In this document: positions 27,838-35,674 of the stretch, piece by piece
Position numbering within the stretch: position 1 is the stretch's first letter
How the letters are laid out: each line of letters begins with the position of its first letter
Assembly: GCA_039812705.1 (NCBI GenBank)
Contig: JBDIBA010000001.1
Location: 23,814-87,813 of the forward strand
Reading direction: 5' to 3'
DNA from: Acidimicrobiia bacterium
GTDB lineage: Bacteria > Actinomycetota > Acidimicrobiia > Acidimicrobiales > JBBSGY01
Length of the DNA stretch: 64,000 nucleotides
Program-made: the position numbers and the translations under genes
The notes under the pieces: model-generated
Database searches by the model: none
What the model was told of the DNA's origin: nothing
What the model saw: the letters and a program-made list of their open reading frames with translations, nothing else

Positions 27838-27918
27838 CTCAGGCGTCGGACTTCGGTCAGTGGGTGGAGGGCCTTGCGGGTTCACGCCCCCGCCTGATGC
27901 CCATGACGCCTGAGTGGC
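27834..27918 (+). other. Long hairpin with a perfect 14-bp basal stem
   Basis: GCCACTCAGGCGTC (27834-27847) is the exact reverse complement of GACGCCTGAGTGGC (27905-27918). The 57-nt interior contains a GAC-UUCG-GTC tetraloop hairpin and G-rich/C-rich partial pairing. It lies 24 nt upstream of the SPFH gene ATG. Confidence 0.5.
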
Positions 27919-27941
27919 AGCTGCAATGCCAAACTTCGCCA

Positions 27942-28676
27942 ATGGAAGCTCTCGTGACGATTGTTGTTCTCATGGTTCTCGGCGTGGTGCTTTTTGCGCT
28001 AACGCCCTTCAAGAAGTTTGTAGTTGAGGCCCATGAGCGTGGCGTGTTGTTCAAAAACGGCAGGTTCATTACCCAGTTCGAGGCGGGCAGACACTGGTGT
28101 TACGGCTTTGGCATGCGACTTGAGACCGTTGACCTTCGTCGCCGAACCGTAACTGTTCCTGGTCAAGAACTGATTACTGCGGACGGCGTGGGCATCAAGG
28201 TGTCGCTCGTGATGGAGTTCGAGGTGCGCGATGCGGTACTTGCCTTGATGGTCATGCAAGACTTTTATTTGGCGCTCTATTCGGCAGCACAGCTTGCGCT
28301 CCGCGATGTTGTGGCCGGCAAGACCCTTGACGAGGTGATGGCCGAGCGCAATCAATTCGGTGCGGCACTTGTTGAGCGCAGTGGACCAACGGCGGGTGAA
28401 TGCGGTGTCCGGATTGTCCGTCTGGAAGTCAAAGACATCATGTTGCCCAACGAGTTGAAGCGCATTTACAACCAGCTGGCCGAGGCCAAGCAAGAGGCGC
28501 TTGCAGAGTTGGAACGCGCCCGTGGCAGGGCTGCGGTGACCCGCAGCATGTTGAACACGGCAAAGCTCTACGAGGAGCACCCTCAGCTCGCTCAAATGCG
28601 CTTGCTCGACGCCGTTTCTCAGGGCGGCAACACCATTGTGGTGGGCACCAACGGCGTTGCCGACGTATTGCACTGA
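27942..28676 (+). CDS. SPFH/band-7 (stomatin/prohibitin-like) membrane protein
   Basis: It has an N-terminal TM segment (MEALVTIVVLMVLGVVLFAL). The SPFH core follows (VDLRRRTVTVPGQELITADGVGIKV...LRDVVAGKTLDEVMAERN...IVRLEVKDIMLP) with a coiled-coil tail. ATG 27942 was chosen because upstream in-frame codons cover the structured RNA-like region. Confidence 0.85.
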   Translation: MEALVTIVVLMVLGVVLFALTPFKKFVVEAHERGVLFKNGRFITQFEAGRHWCYGFGMRLETVDLRRRTVTVPGQELITADGVGIKVSLVMEFEVRDAVLALMVMQDFYLALYSAAQLALRDVVAGKTLDEVMAERNQFGAALVERSGPTAGECGVRIVRLEVKDIMLPNELKRIYNQLAEAKQEALAELERARGRAAVTRSMLNTAKLYEEHPQLAQMRLLDAVSQGGNTIVVGTNGVADVLH

Positions 28677-30052
<1,376 letters not shown>

Positions 30053-30053
<1 letters not shown>

Positions 30054-30448
30054 TGGTCGCAACAACCCGTACGGCAAATGGTGTGTTGCTTGGTCAGCGC
30101 ATGCGCCGCGTTGTGCTTGCAGTAATTGTCATTGCTGCTGTTTATCTTTTGGCGGTTACACCGGCGCGCACTTGGTGGGACCAGCGTCAGGACATGCACG
30201 CGGCTTCGCAGCGCTACGAAGCATTGAAGGTTGCCAATGCAGATCTCGAAAAGCGCGCGGCAGCCTTGCGCGATGACAAAAACGTTGAAGCGCTGGCACG
30301 CGATCGATACGAATTGGTACCCGCGGGCAAAGACGCTTACGCGGTAATGCCTGCGCCGTCACAAGCCGTGCCGGCAGGTGCCACAGATGGCGACCCCGAA
30401 AAGTCTTGGTGGTCCAAAACCATCGACACCGTTGAGTTTTGGGATTAG
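30053..30448 (+). CDS. ftsB: Septum formation initiator FtsB/DivIC family protein
   Basis: It has a single TM segment (VVLAVIVIAAVYLLAV) followed by a coiled coil and the ARDRYELVPAGKDAY motif. Its position directly after eno matches the mycobacterial arrangement. Confidence 0.7.
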
Positions 30449-30957
30449 TGAACGCACCGAAGTTTGACCTTGGCGCCGAGCCGAGCCTTGAAGACCAAGC
30501 AGCAGTAACCGAATTCTTGGGCTTTGCGCCGCGTGGGCAGTTCAGTGTGACCGTGCGTCGCTCAGACGGAAAACCCGCGGTGCTTAAAAACGCGCCGTTG
30601 ATGTTTGACGGCACTCCCATGCCAACGCTCTATTGGTTGATTGACCCCGAGTTGGTGAAAGAGGTTGGCCAGATTGAATCCAGCGGCGGAGTCGACTTGG
30701 CAGAAAATGAAGTCGACCCTGTTGAGCTGGACGAGTGCCACGCAAGCTATCGACAAGAACGCGATGCACTAATGCCGACCGACTGGCAAGGGCCTGCGCC
30801 TTCGGGTGGTGTCGGCGGAACCCGCACGGGCGTGAAGTGTTTGCATGCGCACTACGCGTACTTCCTGAGTGGCGGTAAAGACCCGGTTGCAACGTGGCTA
30901 GTCATGCGTTTGCGAAGGTTGCGCAAGCAGCAATCCGCGTCAACGGGGGAGCAATAG
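30448..30957 (+). CDS. DUF501-type conserved actinobacterial protein
   Basis: The PTLYWLIDPEL...CLHAHYAYFLSGG pattern and its position between ftsB and ppx match the conserved DUF501 gene of this syntenic block, as I recall it. The start is TAGTG-coupled at 30448, or TTG at 30439. Confidence 0.65.
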   Translation: MNAPKFDLGAEPSLEDQAAVTEFLGFAPRGQFSVTVRRSDGKPAVLKNAPLMFDGTPMPTLYWLIDPELVKEVGQIESSGGVDLAENEVDPVELDECHASYRQERDALMPTDWQGPAPSGGVGGTRTGVKCLHAHYAYFLSGGKDPVATWLVMRLRRLRKQQSASTGEQ

Positions 30958-31853
30958 TGGCGAATCGTGCAGCAATCGATTGTGGGTCAAACACAACGAG
31001 GCTCTTGATTGTCGATGACCAAGACAAAGTGTTGGCGCGAGAACTTGCATACACGCGCCTCGGGAAAGGCGTTGACAGCTTCGGCGCGCTGGACGCCGGA
31101 TCGCTTGACGCATGTGAAGAAGCGCTGCGTGATTTCTCAAAGTTGTTACTGGAGCACAACGTCGAAAAGCTGGGCGTGTTTGCAACTTCGGCCGTGCGCG
31201 ATGCAAGCAACGCAGATGATTTCGTAAAACAGGTTGAACACATCTTGAAGGTGAGTCCTCGCATTCTGAGTGGCGAAGATGAAGCGCGACTCACGTACTT
31301 GGGCGCAACTGCGAATTTGCCCGATGGCGACTACGCGTTAATTGACATTGGCGGGGGATCGACAGAGTTTGCGTGGCGAACGAACGAATCCAATTCGCCC
31401 GTGTTTTCGTCGATTGATGTCGGCGCTGTGCGAATGACGGAGCGTTGTATGCGCTCCGATCCACCAACCGAAAGCGAACTTGTCGAAGCCCAGGGCCAAA
31501 TTGCAGAAGCATTCGGTCCAGTAGTTCGACCATCGGGAAAACCAACACTGATTGGTGTAGCCGGAACCGTGACGACAATCGCGGCGCTCTCGTTGGGACT
31601 CTCGGAATACGACCCCGACAAGGTGCATGGCTCGACGCTTTCGCGCGCCGACGTTTTCAAGTGGACCGAAACCCTGGTTGAAGAAACCGCACAACAGCGA
31701 ATGGCGCGTGGTGTTCCAGAGGGCAGGGCTGGGGTGATTGCGGCGGGCGCAATGATCCTCGATCTTGCGTTCGAGGTCTTTGGTTTCGATCAAGTCTTGG
31801 TTAGCGAACGAGACAATCTCGACGGCCAAGTCGCGCTTCTAAAAAACCTCTGA
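30957..31853 (+). CDS. ppx: Ppx/GppA-family exopolyphosphatase
   Basis: It has AAIDCGSNTTRLLIV (ASKHA phosphate-1 motif) and LIDIGGGSTEF. GTG 30957 has a GGGGGAG RBS and overlaps the upstream stop (TAGTG). Confidence 0.85.
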   Translation: MANRAAIDCGSNTTRLLIVDDQDKVLARELAYTRLGKGVDSFGALDAGSLDACEEALRDFSKLLLEHNVEKLGVFATSAVRDASNADDFVKQVEHILKVSPRILSGEDEARLTYLGATANLPDGDYALIDIGGGSTEFAWRTNESNSPVFSSIDVGAVRMTERCMRSDPPTESELVEAQGQIAEAFGPVVRPSGKPTLIGVAGTVTTIAALSLGLSEYDPDKVHGSTLSRADVFKWTETLVEETAQQRMARGVPEGRAGVIAAGAMILDLAFEVFGFDQVLVSERDNLDGQVALLKNL

Positions 31854-31891
31854 TGCGCTCGGCGACAACATGTGGGGCGCCAGGCGACGTC

Positions 31892-31930
31892 CGACAAATT
31901 GTCGCAAAACCGTCACCATTCGGTTGGTGA
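31892..31930. promoter_or_regulatory. Two short palindromes in the 171-nt leader of the T4SS-like operon (candidate operator sites)
   Basis: CGACAA-A-TTGTCG lies at 31892-31904 and TCACCA-N6-TGGTGA at 31913-31930. Both sit upstream of a TATCAT -10-like hexamer and the GGAGGGGAGGG RBS of the 32025 gene. The role is inferred from position only. Confidence 0.25.
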
Positions 31931-32024
31931 ATGTTTCCTGCCCGTGTATCATAAAGCAATCAGCTGGGTGCTCAACCGAGTACCGAAGCATTGTTTGTTG
32001 TTTTGATTTGGAGGGGAGGGCAGC

Positions 32025-33443
32025 GTGAGCGGCTATTCGCAATCCGGTGGACGTTACGGCGGTGGTCGACCCAATAACACCCGCAGTGGCGGCGTCGTGC
32101 CTTTCTCGCAGCTGCGCCCCTCCTCACAGGCGTTTGGGCAGCCAGGCAAGGGTGTCAAGCCGGCAACTGGCGCCAGGCCAGGCACCAAAACCGATGGTTT
32201 TGGTGCGGCCCGTGGCCCCGCAGCCGCTGCCCAACAAGGGTCAACGCGTCAGCGTCCCGGTGGTAACCCAAACGGTCAAAACCCTCAAAAGAGTGGGCCG
32301 AACGCGCCGCATCCGGTCAGCGACAAGCGCGCGGTCGATTTGCGTAACTCGTCGCAGCAAGTCAGTCAGGCTGTTCGCCAAGAGCCTTGGCGTACACACC
32401 GCGGCAACCAGTTCATTGAGCAGGGCACGCGCTACACAGATGATGGTTACGAGTACCGCCGTCAGGGCGCGCCGGCTCGTCGCGGAGGTAGCGACGACCG
32501 TTACTTTGAAAACTTCGACCGTCAGCCGCGCCGTCAGTCGGACGCCAGTCGTCCCCACGATGGATGGCGTGGGCTTCTTTTCCGACTGACGGGCATCAAC
32601 GTTGGTCAGTCGGCCTCCGAAAAGCGGGTTCACGAAGCCGCGCGCATGCTCAAGCTTCCCGTCGACGAGGGCACCGTTGCTGTGTTTTCGCGCAAGGGCG
32701 GGGTTGGTAAGACAACCATCACGGCATATCTCGGCTCGACGCTTGCCAGCCTGCGTGGCGGCAGAATCGTTGCCCTTGATGGCGATGCCGAAGCCGGTTC
32801 ACTTGGCTGGTTGTTGGCGCCCCGTGCGCCAAGCTCGTTGGCTCAACTGGCATACGCGCAACCCTCTCCGCGCAATTTCCACGAGATGCGTCAGTATGCG
32901 GCCAGCACCGATACAGGGCTTGACGTCATCATCGGTGAACCCGCCGAAAACGGTGTTCTTGGCGAAGGTGAGATGCAGCGAGTGGTCGACGTGTTGTCGG
33001 ACAACTACGACATTTCCTTGTTTGACACAGGTGCCGGGGTCACCCGGGCAACGGGCCGCGTGCTGGTTCACAGTGCACGCACGTTGTTGCTTGTCATGGG
33101 TCCAAGCGTTGACAGTGTGAGGGCCGCAGAGCGCACACTTGCTTGGCTTGATGAGCACCCCGGAGAAGCCGCCCACCCAGACGCCCGCGTGATCGCCGTC
33201 ATTAACGGCATTCCAAGCGACACCCCAGAAGAACACATCGAGCGCATCGAGTCTCATTTCGTGGACCGTTGCTCTGAAGTGGTGAGAATTCCGTGGGATC
33301 GGTACCTTTCAACTGGGGCCACAAACGTGGACATTGAATCCCTCGACAAAGGCACGCAAGACGCATTCGTTGAACTCGCTGCTGTAACCGTCGGCACGCT
33401 CGCCGGTGGTCGCAAGCGCGCAAGGATGCGTCGTGCTTCCTAG
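32025..33443 (+). CDS. ParA/MinD-family P-loop ATPase with a ~190-aa Gly/Arg/Pro/Gln-rich disordered N-terminus (EspI-like architecture)
   Basis: It has the deviant Walker A SRKGGVGKTT, preceded by GWRGLLFRLTGINVGQSASEK. The VALDGDAEAGSL and VRIPWDRYL motifs are also present, and the RBS is strong. Confidence 0.75.
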   Translation: MSGYSQSGGRYGGGRPNNTRSGGVVPFSQLRPSSQAFGQPGKGVKPATGARPGTKTDGFGAARGPAAAAQQGSTRQRPGGNPNGQNPQKSGPNAPHPVSDKRAVDLRNSSQQVSQAVRQEPWRTHRGNQFIEQGTRYTDDGYEYRRQGAPARRGGSDDRYFENFDRQPRRQSDASRPHDGWRGLLFRLTGINVGQSASEKRVHEAARMLKLPVDEGTVAVFSRKGGVGKTTITAYLGSTLASLRGGRIVALDGDAEAGSLGWLLAPRAPSSLAQLAYAQPSPRNFHEMRQYAASTDTGLDVIIGEPAENGVLGEGEMQRVVDVLSDNYDISLFDTGAGVTRATGRVLVHSARTLLLVMGPSVDSVRAAERTLAWLDEHPGEAAHPDARVIAVINGIPSDTPEEHIERIESHFVDRCSEVVRIPWDRYLSTGATNVDIESLDKGTQDAFVELAAVTVGTLAGGRKRARMRRAS

Positions 33444-33518
33444 AGAGTTTTTCCCTATTAACAAGTCCCTCGGGGACACTTTCAAGTCAATCCTTGTTTC
33501 AAGGAAGGAAAGAAGAAA

Positions 33519-33833
33519 ATGATTACAAGCGCAATTGTTTTGTTGGGTCAGACAGACTCAAAATTGCCCGCAATAAATCCAGACAGCGGCTTTTTTGGCG
33601 CTGATCTGGCAAACAATTTCATGCAGGGAATTGGGTATCTAGCTCTGGTCCTTGTGGTTATCGGAGTCGTTCTTTCGGCCGGGTTGTGGGCGGTTGGTTC
33701 GTTCTCGAACAACTACACCCAAAGCGTTAACGGCAAGAAAGGTTTCTTGATCTGTGCCGCAGCGGCGCTGGCAATTGGTGCCGCGGTAGTTGGTGTCGAC
33801 TGGTTCTTCAAGCAGGGCAAGACCCTCACCTGA
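33519..33833 (+). CDS. Small two-TM membrane protein, candidate VirB2/TrbC-like pilin
   Basis: The 104-aa product has two hydrophobic helices (IGYLALVLVVIGVVLSAGLWAV; FLICAAAALAIGAAVVGV) separated by a short polar loop. The RBS AAGGAAGGAAAG is strong, and it is the first gene of the membrane-component block. Confidence 0.45.
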   Translation: MITSAIVLLGQTDSKLPAINPDSGFFGADLANNFMQGIGYLALVLVVIGVVLSAGLWAVGSFSNNYTQSVNGKKGFLICAAAALAIGAAVVGVDWFFKQGKTLT

Positions 33834-33884
33834 TCCCTTAGACCCATCACTGATGATGGATTGACTTGAACGAAAGGAGACAAC

Positions 33885-34595
33885 ATGGCCCCGCGAATAC
33901 TTGGTGGTGACTCGTGGGGCCAGTCTTCTGGCGTAGGCCTTCCTTTGGTCGCTGTCATTGCCGTAGCAACGCTGGTTCTTGGTGGGCTGGCCGGTTATGC
34001 ATTTGGCAACAAGAACAACAACACCGCCTCAACAGGGCGCTCGGTCAGTCAAATCGCCGGCACCACATTTCAAGACATGGTCAACGGAGACCCCTCCCAA
34101 GCGGGGGCGGTCAAAGCGGCCACGTCGTTCATTTCTGCGTTGCCCGAGGTTTCGATTCTTCCCGACACGAACCGCACGCAGGCAACCTCGGTCGTGTTTG
34201 CGTCAAATGCGCCCGAAGAGGCGCGGTCGTTCGTCACGTACTCGCTTGCAAACTTGGGCAAGGAGTTGCGGCCCACTTCGTCGGCTGCAACCAGTCGTGC
34301 AGTCACGCTGCCCGGCGTGTACAAGGTCGCACGAGTCGACAACGGCTACACGGTCACCATTTGGTATTGCTTGATGGTCGCCGACCCACAGGGCGCCAAG
34401 TTCCGCAGTGTTTGGCAGACCGCAGACGTCACGCTTGTTTATGAGAACGGCTGGCGCGTTTCAGGCTTCCGCAACGCATTTGGTCCGTCACCGGCGCTGC
34501 TCAGCCCGCAGGGGCAAAGTGGTGATTACAACGCCGCACAGCCTCTTTTAGATCGATCGTTTGCGTTCCGCTATGGACCTGTTCCAGCTAAGTAA
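33885..34595 (+). CDS. Bitopic membrane protein, candidate VirB8/TcpC-like component
   Basis: It has a single N-terminal TM segment (LPLVAVIAVATLVLGGLAGYAF) followed by a ~190-aa extracytoplasmic domain. That domain ends in beta-rich YKVARVDNGYTVTIWYCLMV...VTLVYENGWRVSGF, which looks NTF2-like. The RBS is GAAAGGAG. The function is assigned by size, topology and context only. Confidence 0.4.
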   Translation: MAPRILGGDSWGQSSGVGLPLVAVIAVATLVLGGLAGYAFGNKNNNTASTGRSVSQIAGTTFQDMVNGDPSQAGAVKAATSFISALPEVSILPDTNRTQATSVVFASNAPEEARSFVTYSLANLGKELRPTSSAATSRAVTLPGVYKVARVDNGYTVTIWYCLMVADPQGAKFRSVWQTADVTLVYENGWRVSGFRNAFGPSPALLSPQGQSGDYNAAQPLLDRSFAFRYGPVPAK

Positions 34596-35547
34596 TCACC
34601 CCACACTTCTTGGGTTCGAACTTTTTCAGTGGTTGGCTGACGCCGTCGTGGGCGCCGCCATGCAGGCTTTCAAATGGGCTATTGAGTTCATTCTCAAGGG
34701 AACGACTCTCAACATCGGTGGCGCCGCGTTTGCCACACAGATGGAGGCAATGAAGACCATTGGTCTTTATGCCGTTGTTCCCTTCATTGTTATTGCAGTT
34801 ATTGCCGGGATTGTTCGCGGGTCGCTTTCCGAAGTCCTTCGCACGATCACCATGGGCGCGCTGATTGCCGTTGTGGGCGTCCCGGCCACCATGTTTATTT
34901 CAACACTTCTGCAGATGATCGATAGGTCAATGACAAACGCGTTACTGGGCGTGAGCGCGTCGCAATCTCAATTGTTCATTGACCGCTTCACTTCAATCGA
35001 CCTCTCCAACACCGGGCCCGGACCGTTGCTCTTGATGTTCGGACTCGGCGTCTTCTTGTTTTTTGGTGTCATTTGTCTTTATGCCGAACTCCTATTGCGA
35101 GACGTGATGATCATGATGATCACGTTGTTTATGCCCCTTGCTTTGGCTGCGGGCATTTGGAGGCCGACAAGAGCCTTCCTGGTCCGCATGATTGAGACTC
35201 TGATTGTCGTTATTTTCGCCCGCACGATTGCCATCGGCGTGCTGTTCCTTGGCATGGCCATGTGCTCGGAGTCTTTTTCGCTCACCTCGAATGCAGAAAC
35301 CTTTGCGGCGTCAGACCAGGGTTACATGCTGATGTTGGCCGGAATGCTCACGGTGATGCTTGCCGCCATGCAGCTGCCACTGCTGCTGTCGTTCTTTGCC
35401 GGGCAAGGCGTCTATTCCCAGGTGGGTGCTCGTCAAGAGTACGAACGTGGTCCGTTCTCGCCCAGTCAAGGCAAGACCGACGCCCGCGCTGCTTCGGTCA
35501 AGGCCATCCGCAAGGGCGGCCAGGCGTTCAGGGGCAAGACTTCGTGA
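34561..35547 (+). CDS. Polytopic membrane protein, VirB6/TrbL-like candidate (copy 1)
   Basis: It has at least 6 predicted TM helices and the core sequence YAELLLRDVMIMMITLFMPLALAAGIWRPTRAFLVRMIETLIVVIFART, which is shared with the next ORF. The start is either TTG 34561 or ATG 34573. Confidence 0.55.
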   Translation: MRSAMDLFQLSNHPTLLGFELFQWLADAVVGAAMQAFKWAIEFILKGTTLNIGGAAFATQMEAMKTIGLYAVVPFIVIAVIAGIVRGSLSEVLRTITMGALIAVVGVPATMFISTLLQMIDRSMTNALLGVSASQSQLFIDRFTSIDLSNTGPGPLLLMFGLGVFLFFGVICLYAELLLRDVMIMMITLFMPLALAAGIWRPTRAFLVRMIETLIVVIFARTIAIGVLFLGMAMCSESFSLTSNAETFAASDQGYMLMLAGMLTVMLAAMQLPLLLSFFAGQGVYSQVGARQEYERGPFSPSQGKTDARAASVKAIRKGGQAFRGKTS

Positions 35548-35674
35548 TGAGCCGTATTGGCTCTTGGGTCAATGCGGAATAAAAGCAGCGACGCGTTATG
35601 ATACATACGTTGCGTTATTTGCCCAGGTGGGCGTGGTTTTGCTCACGCTTTTGGTTGTTGGAAAGGAGCGCCTC

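Noticed and set aside
27664-27941. tmRNA (ssrA) interpretation of the T-arm plus CCA-ending element
   Set aside because: The region is too short. It has no 5' GGGG-type acceptor strand pairing with the 3' end, and no tag reading frame ending in an ALAA-like peptide followed by a stop. The genomic context (mazG-eno) is also not the usual smpB/ssrA neighbourhood.
35360-35674. The N-terminal 105 codons of the 749-aa track ORF as part of VirB6-like copy 2
   Set aside because: This part overlaps the preceding gene by 188 nt and translates to Arg/Ser/Cys-rich sequence. An in-frame GTG at 35675 has a GGAAAGGAG RBS and yields a typical signal peptide.
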